DNA of 64,000 bases from Anolis carolinensis (GCF_035594765.1 NC_085846.1:28011190-28075189); one strand, 5' to 3'. Shown: positions 50,695-63,999, numbered from the stretch's first letter. Notes: generated by a model not told the origin, from the sequence alone. Translations and numbers: made by a program.

Positions 50695-51344
50695 CAGTAG
50701 AGTCTCACTTATCCAACATTCTGGATTATCCAACGCAGTCTGCCTTTTAGTAGTCAAAGTTTTTTCAATACATTGTGATGTTTTGTGCTAAATTTGTGAA
50801 TACAGTAGGTAAAGGTAAAGGTTTTCCCCTGACATTACGTCCAGTCATGTTTGACTCTGAGGGTTGGTGCTCATCTCCATTTCTAAGCTGAAGAGCCAGC
50901 GTTGTCCGTAGACACCTCCAAGGTCATGTGGCCGGCATGACTACATGGAGCTCCGTTACCTTCCTGCCAGAAGGTACCTATTGATCTACTCACATTGGCA
51001 TGTTTTCGAACTGCTAGGTTGGCAGAAGCTGGGGCTAACAGCGGGCGCTCACTCCGCTCCTGGGATTTGAACCTGGAACCTTTCGGTCTGCAAGTTCAGC
51101 AGCTCAGCGCTTTAACACACTGCGCCAACGGGGCTCCAGTAATTACTACATAACATTGCTGTGTATTGAACTGCTTTTTCTGTCAAATTTGTTGTAAAAC
51201 ATGATGTTTTGATGCTTAATTTGTAAAATCATAATGTAATTTGATGTTTAATAGGATTTTCCTTAATCCCTCCTTATTATCCAACATATTCGCTTATCCA
51301 ACGTTCTACCGTCCCGTTTATGTTGGATAAATGAGACTCTCCTG
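50695..51344. mobile_element. Tigger-like MITE (family of 6770-7092) interrupted by a Sauria SINE (~50808-51137, minus)
   Basis: Same TIRs and TA flanks; SINE flanked by cagta duplication. Confidence 0.87.
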
Positions 51345-51689
51345 TATTGTTTAAAGGCATTTTTGAGAAGCATTTTGACAGGAGTTTTGTGACGTTTTCT
51401 TACCACATCTACAAGCCAAAATGCAATGACCACCCACCAATTAGAAACCCATAAATTGAAGATAATTTACATAGATGCTTTCTTGTTATATTTTCATTGA
51501 TTCAGTGGGGTTTTTCTCATTGGGGATAGACACTGGATTTTAGCCAAACAAAAAGTAACAAGCAACATAACAAGTACTGCAACAGGTTACTAAAATTAAA
51601 GCCTGCAAGATATAGTGACAACTTAAAAAAACACAGAACATAATGGATAAGCAGAGTTACTTCATGGGAAGGGGTTTTTTTTAAATCGT

Positions 51690-51935
51690 ATCAGAAGCGA
51701 CTTGAGAACATACTGCAAGTTGCTTCTGGTGTGAGAGAATTGACCGTCTACAGAGACGTTGCCCAGGAGATGTCTGAATACGTTACCATCCTGCTTGGAG
51801 GCTTCTCTCGTGTCCCCATAAGCTAGAGCTGACAGACGGGAGCTCACCTCACCTCGCTTTCAGGTCAGCAATGCAACCTTCAGGTCAGCAGACCAGCCAG
51901 CACAAGGATTTAACCCATTGTGCCACAGCAGCTCC
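51690..51935 (-). mobile_element. SINE with Vingi-like tail
   Basis: Homology to other copies. Confidence 0.75.
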
Positions 51936-52504
51936 ATTAAGGAAAGGTTTGGGTTACAATACGAAGCTGACTGGAGGATTGGTTCCATCTGCTACAAGGC
52001 AGTAGCTTTTGTTTACGCTGTAATTTTCAAATTCTCTAAGTAGGATTGTAAGTGTGGCAGTGGTACCCAGAGGTCAACATATCTGTTGCTTTTGTTTATT
52101 GCCTTTTTTGCCCCATGGAACCAGAACTATTCCTTCTGCCCAGCATCACCATTTCAATTACAAGGTGGGAGGGGGAGAAAGAAGCCAGGGAATTGAAAGC
52201 AATTAAGCAAATATCTTCTTCGTCACAGCCAAGTAACTAGCAGACGGAAACAGAGGCTATAGTCCTCCTTGCAAAAAGAAGATCCACAAAGATTTGCTTT
52301 CCAGACAGCGGCTGGTACACGGTGTTATTTAGAACAACCTGTTTGGAAAGGATTCCACGGGGCCATTTAGACTCACCCTGCATCTCAAAATATGGCAAAG
52401 CAAAAATGTGCACCCAGAAAAAAAACTGTGTCTAAACCCTTTGACAAAAGATCCAAGACAGCATGGTTTCTGACATTTACACTCCCTCTCCCAGTTCATT
52501 ACCC

Positions 52505-52757
52505 CAGCAGGACTGATGACTTGAAGGTTGGGTTGCTGACCTGAAGGTTGCTGGTTCGAATTCAACCCAGAGAGAGCATGGATGAGCTCCCTCTATCAGC
52601 TCCAGCTTCATGTGAGGTCATGAGAGAAGCCTCCCACAAGGATGGTAAAACATTTTTAAAAAATCCAGGCATCCCCTGGGCAACGTCCTTGCAGGCGGCT
52701 AATTGTCTCACACCAGAAGCGACCTGCAGTTTCTCAAGTCGCTCCTGACATGAAAAA
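52505..52757 (+). mobile_element. SINE with Vingi-like tail
   Basis: Ends ctcaagtcgctcctgacatgaaaaa. Confidence 0.75.
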
Positions 52758-53085
52758 GAATCTAGAAGAAGCAATAAATTGTCATGCTTACTATGAACAA
52801 CCTCCCCAAAAGTCAAAAAAATATATATTTTGGGATTTTGATATCAAAATCCATAATTTTGGCCCCAAAACATGCCCTCGACTTATACATGAGGTTGACT
52901 TATACATGAGTATATATGGTAGTTAAAGGCCATTCCACAAAGAGGAAGCTCCAATGCTTCTAGCCCACCATTGCCACTGCTACCATTTTCCCATCCAGGC
53001 TTCCAAAATCCCACCCAGATACTGAAAATGACCAGAAGCAGCACTGCTGTAGAGAGAGTAGAGGAGGTCAATGTTTCTCCTAGAA

Positions 53086-53541
53086 ATGGCTTGTCCGACC
53101 TGTGGCCTGTGGGCCACCTATTAAGGCGGTCCAACACAAAATTGCAAACTTACTGAAAACAAAAACGGTTTTTCGTAACTGAATTGTGTGCTTCTCGAGT
53201 GCAAACTCTGTAGACGGCAACAGAATGCAATGGAATAATCAGAGCATGTTATGTGTACTAATATCAGAGTATTATCTGAAATTCATATTATAATTGCAAA
53301 CAGTTCAGCCAAAAGACCTGCTTGACAATTTTAAAAGACTCTCTGAACAGGGCAGTGCATAATAAGGATTATTATGCAAGGACTTTTTTTACTTATCTGT
53401 GGTGGCAGATATCATGGAAATTATGCACAGACCCATTTTTGGCTCATCAGTTATCAGTGCTAGCGTATTTTATGTTTGTCCCAAGATAATTTTTCCTTTT
53501 CAAATATTGGCCCAGGGAAGCCAAAAGGTTGGGCATTACTG
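53086..53541. mobile_element. hAT-Charlie (MER30-like) non-autonomous element
   Basis: End ggcccagggaagccaaaaggttgg; near-identical 8-bp flanks tcctagaa/tcctagag. Confidence 0.7.
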
Positions 53542-54851
53542 TCCTAGAGCAAATTGAACTCTCACCATTTACCACGCTACACAGAAAAGAGGGTGGTTTC
53601 TTTTTATAAGAGTTAAAGTACAATACTTACATCAGTCCTTGAACAGTTAACCAAGATTTCTGGGATTGACATTATTATTAAAATCTGTGGACTTATGCAT
53701 GAGTCCAGTATGTCTCCTTCAAACTATCTCCTTCAAACAGCATGGTGAATATAGTTCAAACGAGTAGGTTTTCTAAAGCTTTCTACCCCACTGACTTATA
53801 CCGCTAAGAAACTACCGGACTTGGTAATTTGAATGTATATTAATATACATAAAGGCTAGAGACTTTACATTTGACAATTAAAAGGTAAGCAAAAGTAAAA
53901 AGAAATTGAAAGCAATTGTTCACAAATTTGGAATTTGCATGACGAGGTGGGTAGAAGAATTGCCTTACCTATTTTCAGGGACATTTTCAAATATTGTACA
54001 TAAATAATACATTTAATATGCAAAATGTGTACACTAAGACCCTTCATACCCATGGGAGATATATTCTTGGACAGATAACGCTTACCTGAAACTGCAGGTA
54101 CAACCAAATTTGTGAAATTACTTGACTTCCAACTCCAACATCCTACAGATTCACCCTGGAGGACCTAGAAATTCCTAGCATGTATTCTCCCCAATGTTTT
54201 GCTAGGTTCTCCGGGGCAACTGGATAGTAAATTATGGAGAGAGGCCGTTTCCTCTCCCTGCATGCAGGTAAGTCAAATTGTGGGTACAAGTTTCACTGTC
54301 ACACAGCTCTTACGATATGCAAGAAATCTCTGTTGCAAACCTACACAGCTTATATACATATGTAAGCAGGAGAATATACACATGACTTTCCACTTCATCT
54401 AAACAGCACCAAAAACATTTGGAATTGTATAATGATGTTTTAAGAGTTCCTATACGAATTCCTTTTCTATCTATTACTTTACAGACTCTATCTATAGAGG
54501 ACCCAGTCAAATAATGTGGGTGACCTTAAACACACTGTACTCAGGCTCACTGTTTTCCATCTTACTTTTTGTTGTGGACCTTCAAGTTGTTTCTGACTTC
54601 TAGTGATCTCAAGGTGATGCTATCATAGGTTTGTTTGTTTTGTTTTATTTTTTATTTTATTTGGGGGGGGGGGGTTGCAAAATTTGTTCAGGGTTGGGTT
54701 GCCTTTGCCTTCCTCTGAGGCTGAGAGTATGATTCATGCAAGATCACCCAGTGGATTTCCATGGCCAAACAGGGATTTGAAACCCAGTTTCCAGAAGCAT
54801 AGTCCAGCACTCAAACAACAGTCCCACACTCCCAGAATGATTCAGTCTCCT

Positions 54852-55388
54852 AGAATCCTAGAATCATAGAGTTGGAAGAGACCTTGTGGGCCATCCAGTC
54901 CAACCCCCCTGCCAATAAGCAGGAAAATCGCATTCAAAGCAACCCTGACAGATGGCCATCCAGCCTCTGTTTAAAAGCCTCCAAAGAAGCAGCCTCCACC
55001 ACACACCAGGGCAGAGGGTTCCACTGCTGAACAGCTCTCACAGTGAGGAAGTTCTTTCTAATGTTCAGGTGGAATCTCCTTCCCTGTAGTTTGAAGCCGT
55101 TGTTTCGTATCCTAGTCTCCAGAGCAACAGAAAACAAGCTTTCTCCCTCCTCCCTATGACTTCCCCTCACATATTTGTACATGGCTATCATGTCTCCTCT
55201 CAGCCTTCTCTTCTGCAGGCTAAACATGCCCAGCTCTTTAAGCCGCTCCTCACAGGGCTTGTTCTCCAGACCCTTGATCCTTTTAGTCGTCCTCCTCTGG
55301 ACACATTCCAGCTTGTCAACATCTCCCTTAAATTGTGGTGCCCAGAATTGGACACAGTATTCCAGGTGTGGTCTGACCAATGCAGAAT
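54852..55388 (-). mobile_element. 5'-truncated CR1 LINE
   Basis: Peptide VRPHLEYCVQFWAPQF...LECVQRR...ERLKELGMFSLQKRRLRGDMI; (attctatg)-type tail. Confidence 0.93.
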
Positions 55389-56007
55389 AATTCTCTTAAG
55401 GAGAGTTATATTCCTAACTCTCCTTAAGAAGACAAGTTTAGCAATCTGGTTGCCGACAGGAATGGATTATAATTATTATGTTTATTTATACCCCACATTT
55501 CTCTCCACATGGACTCAAAATGGACTTTGTGAGGGAGGCATCAACATGTATAAAGCAAACTACATTTAAAACTTTCAGAAAGATTAGCTTGAACCCCTTT
55601 AGAACAGCACTCTAGACGCCCCCCCCCCCCCCAACTAAAGCACAACTGATAGAAGAATACATGGCCAAAAAATCTTTCTGCAGATTGCAGTTGTAGCCAG
55701 AAAGTGGCAAAGATTGAACTGCACATTAAGCTGTAATTGTTCTGTTTCTCTTATGGGGTCATGATCAATGAAACTATACAACATGTGTATAGAAAGAGAC
55801 ATGCAAATAGCTGAGCCATTTGAAAATTTTGTTTACAATTCTAGTCCAACCACTTCAACTGCTGAAGAGGCAGGCTGGCTTTCTGTACAAAATTACCACA
55901 ATTACACTGAGAAGTGAGAACCAGCAGGAGGAAATAATTCCGGCATTCAACTATGATTCTGGAAACCAGGATTCAAATCCTTTCTTGCTCATGGAAACCC
56001 ATTAGAT

Positions 56008-56119
56008 CAGCGTCCCCAGGTGTTTTAGCCTACAACTCCCAGAAATCTCAGCCAGTTTGTTAGGATTTCTGGGTATTGAAGGCCAAAACATCTGGGGACC
56101 CACAGGTTGAGAACCACTG
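56008..56119. mobile_element. Palindromic hAT MITE, internally deleted
   Basis: Perfect 8-bp TSD cattagat (56000-56007, 56120-56127). Confidence 0.85.
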
Positions 56120-56890
56120 CATTAGATGATCTTGAGCAGGTCTCATCCTCTCAGCCTCAGAGGAAAGCAAAGGCAACCCCAATTGAACAAATCCTGCCAA
56201 GAAAACCCAATGATAAGTGTGGTATAAGGTGCCCTACTACCTTACAAGATACTGACTCTGTTGGGTTGTGAGTCTGTCCATCCACTGGTTCAGCAGCGAA
56301 CATTACAATAAGTTCCCTACAAGGTTGCCATAAGTGAGAAACAACTTCATGGCACTCAACAAGAAACATTATGAAATACGTTATCTCTTGGGCATGCAAT
56401 AACACCATTCAACATGAGAAGCTTCACCTTTCAATAAGTCCTTTTCCATTTTTATCACAGTCTCAGGAGTAACCTGCTGAGCCCTGTAAGGGCCACTGGT
56501 AACCCCAAACTGAAGTCCAATGATCGCTGTAGTAATACGAGCCTATCTGCATATAAGAAGGAAAAAGACTGTTGGTGCATGGTAAGCTCATAGCACAGCT
56601 TGCTTCTGCTATTTCACATGGTTTACAGATAAATAGATTGCAGGGATGTTATTTCACAGTTCTCAAATCATTTCAATGAGGAATACAATTGAGGGGACTG
56701 GAACCCAAAATTCAGACAGCCTGCCTTCCCCAACGTCATTCAAAATTCATGCAATGGCAGCTGCTTACCCATGAAGCAAAGAGCATAAAACAAGGCATAC
56801 AAGCCAGACCAAAGGCATACCTCGTCCAGTGTCAGGTTCCCACAGTAGGCAGCCAAATGCCCCTATGACAAACCTAAAATCAGTGCATGA

Positions 56891-57806
56891 CGATTACCTG
56901 GGAAAGAATCCCACTGGACCATTGCAGCACACCAAAATATTTGGGAGTTACCCTGGACCATGCTCTGACTTACAGGAAGCACTGCTTGACTATCAAGCAA
57001 AAAGTGGGCACTAGAAATAACATTGTACGAAAACTGACTGGCACAACCTGGGGATCACAACCAGACACAGTGAAGACATCTGCCCCTGCGCTTTGCTACT
57101 CTGCTGCTGAATATGCCTAATGTGGAATACATCTCACTATGTTAAAAAACAATGGATGTGGCTCTTAATGAGATATGCTGCATTATCACAGGATGTCTAT
57201 GCCCTACGCCACTGGATAAATTATACTGTTTAGCTGGCATTGCACCACCTGACATCCGCCAGGAAGTAGCAGCCAACAATGAAAGGACCAAGGCATTGAC
57301 ATCTCCAGCCCATACTCTGTTCAGATATTAGCCAGCACACCAACGCCTTAAATCAAGAAATAGCTTTCTAAGATCTACAGAGATACTCGCAGGAACACCT
57401 CAGCAAGCAGGAGTCCAAAAGTGGCAGGCTAAAACCTGGAACCTCAATCAGTGGCTGACGCCAGATGAGAGACTCCCTCCTGGGCACACAGAAGACTGGG
57501 AGACTTGGAAGGTACTGAAAAGACTGTGTTCTGGCACCATGAGATTCAGAGCCAACCTTAAGAAATGGGGCCACAAAGTGGAGTCCACGACATGCGAGTG
57601 TGGAGAAGAGCAAACCACAGACCACCTATTACAATGCAGTCTGAGCCCTGCCACATGCACAATGGAAGACCTTCTAATAGCAACACCAGAGGAACTCCAA
57701 GTGTTCTGCTACTGGACAAAAGATATTTAGTATCAATGCCAAAATTTTGTGTTTTGAAATACATTACAACTTGTACCCTCAGTTTACTTCTGACATGAGA
57801 AATAAA
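56891..57806 (+). mobile_element. 5'-truncated Vingi/Ingi-like LINE
   Basis: Peptides PKYLGVTLD...RNNIVRKLTGTTWG...ALCYSAAEYA and CECGEEQTTDHLLQC; TSD cagtgcatga (56881-56890, 57807-57816). Clade from recall. Confidence 0.8.
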
Positions 57807-59919
57807 CAGTGCATGAATGTCATAACATCCTCTGCTATTGTTTTCATATTTTGTCCCCACAATGACCAACCAAGTACTCCATGAGAAGCCATAAGCAGCC
57901 CACAACAGTGCATGGTGTTGTTCTCATAGGCAACGGTATGCAGGATTCTCTCTGCTACCAGAGATAATGAATTTAGCTTTTGTTTTGCCCTGTCTTTCTC
58001 CCCCAACTGAGACTTAATGTGGCTAATTAAATGAGTAAAACAAGTACAGTTTAAAAACAGTCTGAACTAAAACAACTTCAAAAGCACATCATGGCCGCCA
58101 TTAATTGCCTCCCCCTCCACAATCTGCCTTATTCGTCTCATTTTAAATCCATTCAAGCTCACATCTATCATTACATCTTGTTGAAGTGCATTCCACAATT
58201 TAGCTATGCGCAATACTTCATCGTGGCCTCGTGGTAAGAGCAGTCAGGGTCCACTCTTGCCACAGGAAGGATAACAGAAGCATTTAGTTGAAGGCAGATA
58301 TGATCTGGAAGCCATATGACAGTTGGAGGCCAAGATATGAGGGTTGGAGGAAAATAGAAAATAAGGATCCAAATACAAAACATTCCGTTTATGGGTGATA
58401 GGCTTTGGCGACATAACCTTGCAACAGAAGGGAACAAAGATGCCGCGATAGAGAGCTGAATGTTTTGTACTAGAATCTTTATTTTCTATTTTTACCCCTC
58501 TCTCACATGTACAGCACCATACAGAAACAGAACTTACCAGCCTACTGGGTAAGCTGGGAAAGAGCTTGGGGAGGGGGGAGTAGTGCCTGACTGGTAAGGA
58601 GAAATGTACTCTGTTTGTACCCAGAGGCATTCTTCTCTATTATTGCTTCACAAATCAGGTTCTGAAGGGTGAGCTTGGACTCTAGTCTGCACAGTTTCGT
58701 TAGGCACTTATGGGGGAGAAGGATATGGTAGAGGCATGGAAGAATACCATAGTTAGAATTTGCTGCGGAGGGAGCAAACTGTCACAGAAGACAATGGGAT
58801 CAATTTGATAGACAGATTACAGGTTGAATAGGTGGAGAAATTAACCCTGGAAAGTAATAGGTGATAGGGGGAAAAATCTACAGGTCAAGGAGATTTGGTT
58901 GCAACTGTTTGTTTATAATTCATTATATGTATTTTGCATACTGGGATCCCACCTTTCTTTAGTCACAGAACTTAAGGGGGAATACTTGTGACTTCCCAGG
59001 TTGCCTCCAATCCCAAGATCTGACAGATTAGATGGGCAAGGAACAAATTCTGAGTCAAAGCAATCAATAAGGAGTAGGGTAGCTTAAGGACACAACCAAA
59101 ATGCAACCAACACAGAAAAAGTACAGGGAGAACCACACCATACAACGGGGTGGTTATGGGAAGTACAAAGCAATACCCAGGAAAGACAAGTGCAAAACGA
59201 TGGGAAATGGGGAGGCATCCACGTCAAGACGGTGTGAGACGGGGCGTCAAGGTGGTAGGAGTAGAAAGGAAACGGGAACAGATGGAAAGGCCAACAAACA
59301 GCGGGAATGTGGGTGCAGAGTCCTTAGCAGATAGCAGCCTAGTAAGAGAAGAGGGGGAAAGTTGTAGGGAAAGAAGGGGAAGCTCGAAGTGTAGAATCTG
59401 GCACAAGGAATGCAAGAGACCCTTCCAAATGAGGAACAGGATGGGAAAACAAACAGTAAACAGAGAGAGGGCCGCAGGTTAGTAGGAAGTACAGTATCAT
59501 GGAAGGAAGGAGATTGGGAAAAATGCAAGCAGAGCAATTAGTTGGGAAGGAAATTCAGAGTCAGGACATGATAGAACTGGACAAGGCAGAGGGAGACCTT
59601 ACAACTGGAATGAGTGGAAACCAAAAGAGGGGATTTTAGGAAAGGAATAAGGGGAGATTCAGAGGGGGGTGGCTAGTGCCTTCCACATAAGATGGAGAGG
59701 GAAGCGGAGGGGGAGGGCATGCAATGGGGTGGGGGAGAGTCAACAGATGTGGGGAGCTTGCTGAGAAGACCTGGGAGGGGGGTTGCTAATGGCAGGAGGG
59801 GGAGTCAGGCTGAAAAGCAATTCAGGAGAGGTACCACAAGATCTTATTGCTTCTGAGGGGGGTAATAGGCGCAAAGGAAGCAGCTGTGAATAACATGTCA
59901 AGGCAAGGGAGTGAAGGGA

Positions 59920-60108
59920 GGAAAGGGGATCCAAACTAGATGGGGAGAGTCCAAGGGGAGTCATATCAAGGGGGGGTCTAAAGGAGATGGGGAGGAGTGC
60001 CCAAAAGGAGTCTTGGGGGTTCAGATGGGAAGGAAGAACCCAAAGGGAGTCAAATGAGGAGTCCAAATCAGATTGGGGAGGGGTGGGGGAAGAAAACCCA
60101 AAAGGAGC

Positions 60109-60154
<46 letters not shown>

Positions 60155-62650
60155 TTACATGTCGCTTTTCTCCCTAATGGGACCCAAAGCGGCTCAAACA
60201 TAATACAATACAAATCAAAGCACATTTAACATAAAATACAAGACAAAAATCATACAAAACACAACAACATCCAATAATAAGACATAAATAAATGTTAAAC
60301 ATTCAAAACATTCAAAACCAATTGCAATTATTGTGGAGACTCATCAATTAAATAGTATATTTCGCTAAGCTCGGTCATCAGTGATAAACATGACCCAGTG
60401 AGAAAATTAAGAGAAGTCTCCACACAAAATATAAATAAAAAATGACAAAAATAAAGAATAAAGAATAAAATCTGAAAACAAAACAAAAACAAAAAGTCCC
60501 CACTAAAGCCGAAGAAGAATAGAGTCAAAAGAAAGTTGAACATTGGCAGAGAAGTCAACAACCCCAATCCAAGCCAAATATGGGGTCCAAATCAAATGGG
60601 GAGGGAGAGCCCAAGAGGAATTAAACGGGGGGGGGGGTGCAAACCAGATTGAAAGGGAGAGCCCAAGAGGGGTCATATGAGGGGTTTCAAGCTAGACGGA
60701 GAGGGAAATCCAAAGGGGAGTCATATCGGCTGGTCCAAAACAAATGGGGATGAAGAACCCAAGGGGGTCATATGGGCTGGTCCAAACCCCCAGCCCCAAG
60801 AAGAGACTATGGGTCCAGACCAAATGAGGGGGTCTGAAGCCCAAAAGTAGTTATGGAGGGGGGGGGGAACAGATGGGATGGAAAAGGTAGTGAAGAGTCA
60901 CATGGGGGGTCCAAAATTAGATGGGGAGGGAATGTTCATGTGAAATCATATGGAGAGGAAGAAGCCAATGGGAGCTTTATGGCGGGGGGGGGGGGGCAGA
61001 TCTGGGAAAGAGGGGGAGAAAATCCAAAATGAGTTATATGGGGTCCAAAGCAAATGGGAAGGGAGAGCCCAAGTGGAATTAAAAGGGGGAATGCAAGCCA
61101 GATGTTAAGGGAGAACTCAAGTGGGGTCATATTGGGTTTTCAAGCTAGATGGAGAAAGAAACCCAAAGGGGAGTCAAATGGGCTGGTGCAAAATAGGTGG
61201 GGAGGAATGGGTCCAGACCAGATATGGGGGTCCGGAGCCCAAAAGTAGTTACAGGGGGAGAGGGGGCAGATGGGATGAAAGAAGTAATGGGGAGTCACAT
61301 GAGGGGTCCAATACTAGATGGGGAGGGAAAGCTCAAGTGAAGTCATATGGTGAAAGGATTCAAACCAGATGGGGAGGAAGAAGCCAATGGGAGTCATATG
61401 GGTGATGTCCAAAGCAGATCTTGGAGGGATGGGGGAGAAAACCCCAAAGGACTTATATGGGGTCCAAAGAAGATGAAGAAAGACAGCTGAAGAGGAATTA
61501 AAGAGCGGGGAAGTGCAAATCAGATGGAAAGGGAGAACCCAAGAGGGGTCATATGGGGTTTTCAAGCTAGATAGTGAAAGAAACCCAAAAGGGAGTCATA
61601 TGGGCTAGTCCAAAACAGATGGGGAGGAAGAACCCAAGGGGTCATATAGGGTGGTCCAAACCCAAGGAGAGACTATGGCTCCAAAACCAGATGTGGAGGT
61701 CTGGAACCCAAAAGTAGTTATTGGGGGGGGGGGCAAAACAGATGGGATAGAAGAGATAGTGGACAGTCACATGGAGGGTCCAAAACTAGATGTGGAGGGG
61801 AAATTCAAATAAAGTCATATGGGGAGGAAGAACCCAAGGGGGTCATATAGGGTGGTCCAAACCCAAGGAGAGACTATGGCTCCAAAACCAGATGTGGAGG
61901 TCTGGAACCCAAAAGTAGTTATTGAGGGGAGGGCAAAACAGATGGGATAGAAGAGATAGTGGACAGTCACATGGAGGGTCCAAAACTAGATGTGGAGGGG
62001 AAATTCAAATAAAGTCATATGGGGAAGAAGAACCCAAGGAAGTCATATGGGGTGGTCCAAACCCATGGGTCCTGACTAGATGTAGGGATCCGAAGCCCAA
62101 AAGTAGTTATGGGAGGGGGGGGGGGGCAAAACAGATGGGATGGAAGAGGTAATGGGGAGTCACATGAGGGGTCCAACACTAGATAGGGAGGGAAAGTTCA
62201 AGTGAAGTTAGATGGGGAGGGGGTTCAAATCAGAGGAGGAGGAAGCCAAAGGGGGGTCATATGGGCTGGTCCAAAACAGATTGGGAGCAAGAACCTAAAG
62301 GCATCATATGAGGTGGTACTAACCTGAGGAGTGATTATGGATCCAGACCAGATTTGGGGGTCTGGAACCCAAAAGTAGTTATTGGGGAGGGGGGGCAAAA
62401 GAGATGGGATGGAAGAGGTAGTGGAGGGTCACAGGAGGGGTCCAGTATTAGATAGGGAGGGAAAGCTCAAGTGAAGTCATATGGGGAGGGGGTTCAAAGC
62501 AGATGGGGAGGAAGAAGCCAATGGGAGTCGTATGGAGGGAGTCCTACCCAGATAGGGAGGAGAGTCCAAGATGAGTTATAATATATGGTTGCAAGGAGGG
62601 GAGGCAGAGCCCAAGGAGAGTCTCCATCCCAAACCAATGGGAGGAAGAGC
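59920..62650. repeat. G/A-rich complex satellite (~45-bp diverged subunits with higher-order repeats)
   Basis: Recurring gagtcatatgggg.gtccaaa.cagatggggagg.agaacccaa; larger blocks recur at ~60582, 61041 and 61460; near-identical 200-bp duplication at 61621/61821. Confidence 0.85.
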
Positions 62651-62679
62651 CCCAGTAGAGGCTTCCCAAGCTCTTCTCG

Positions 62680-63600
62680 ATTCAAACGTTGGGCCGAGGC
62701 CATTGAGCCCACCGCCGGAAGCCCCCTCGATGGGGGGAGGGAAGTGTGGGGCCAGATCTCCCCCTTCCTCCCCCCCCCCCTTCGGGAGCAGCATCCCATT
62801 CCTGGGGGGGGGGAGGCAGAGCCACCTTGCTAACCCAATATGCACAATGTACACAAAGGCTTCCTTAGGCCAACATCCGCTCCCCTTCCTCCCCCCTTCC
62901 CAGGCCATTCCTGGGGAACAGATCGGACTCACCTGGCCCCCCAGCTCTTTGCAGAACGGCGGTCCATGCCGAAGAGAGGGCTGTGGAGCAGGAGTGGGGC
63001 TGTGGAGGGGGGAGAGGCTGGCCTGGCTCGCTTCTCCTCTCCCCCTCCCCTCCTTCCCCTCTTTTGTTGCTCCTCCGGCGCTCCCCCTCCCTCCCTCCCT
63101 CCCTCCCTCCCTGCTTCCTTCCTTCCTTCCTCTCCTCCTCCTTCAGGCTCACACCACCGTCAGGCTCGGCTGGCCAAACCCACGTGGTGGCTTCCCCTTT
63201 GGAGGGCCCGACACACCTCCCCCGGGACCCCCAGAATAAAGCGGGGCCCGTTGTGTGGGGCCAGGAGAAAGCTCTGGGCCACCTTCTCCCCGCCGCCCTG
63301 GCGCCTGGGCTGCTCGGCTGGCCTGGTGTCGCCTCCTCTTGCCTTCCTTCCTTCCTTCCCTCCCTCCCTCCCTCCTTCCCTCGCAAGCCTTGCCTGCCAC
63401 TTCCAGCTCCAGTTTCCTGCTCCCGATCAGCAGCACACGCAGCAGAAAGCAGGAAACAGAGCGAAAGAATCACAGAGCCCAGCCGTCCCCGCGTTGCCTT
63501 CGGCGCCCTCCCTTCTCCTTAAGGCTCAGCGCTGCTCTCACCCGTCCCCTCGCGTCAGGACTCCCTGCGAAAGGAAACTTAGGGATCAGCCTTCAAGGAG
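62680..63600. promoter_or_regulatory. CpG island / probable TBKBP1 promoter
   Basis: Abrupt rise in GC and CpG content relative to the CpG-depleted remainder, with (CCCT)n/(CCTT)n tracts; lies upstream of the coding exons on the minus strand. Confidence 0.75.
62933..63480 (-). other. TBKBP1: Probable first (5' leader) exon of TBKBP1; 5' boundary uncertain
   Basis: Consensus donor CAG|gtgagt at 62933/62932 within the only CpG island, on the same strand as the coding exons; contains ggcATGg at 62967. Confidence 0.65.
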
Positions 63601-63818
63601 CCCCATAGACCCTTCTTTGTTGCTTTTAGCCCCACTGTCCAATCCGTGCAATTTTGGCATCACTCTTAACTGCTATGGCTCAATGCCATGGGATGGTGGG
63701 AGTTGTAGTTTGGCAAGCCGCCTCCGCCAAAGAAGGCTGGTGCCTCCCCAAATTGCAATTCCCAATTAGGGATCAGCCTTCAAGAAGCCCCTTTGTTGTT
63801 TCGATTCAAACTGTAGAA

Positions 63819-63880
63819 CAGGGGTCCCCAAACTTAGGCCCGGGGGCCGGATGCGGCCCATCGAAGCCATTTATCTGGCC
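63819..63880 (+). mobile_element. hAT-Charlie-type terminal fragment
   Basis: caggggtccccaaact.aggcccgggggccggatgcggccc is a typical hAT 5' end; the other end is not seen. Confidence 0.55.
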
Positions 63881-63945
63881 CCAACGGCACAAGGGCAAAA
63901 GGGGGCTGGGCAAAATGACCAGTTAGGGTCTCTTCTCTTCCAACC

Positions 63946-63999
<54 letters not shown>

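Noticed and set aside
58100-59700. Purine-rich stretch as a retroviral or LINE ORF remnant (ISPYQSG motif)
   Set aside because: Surrounding translation has stops and no further motifs; left unclassified.
62571-63769. Long ORFs (222, 309, 202 and 179 aa) on both strands
   Set aside because: Low-complexity Pro/Ser/Gly/Arg translations of a GC-rich CpG island with (CCCT)n tracts; no recognisable domain.
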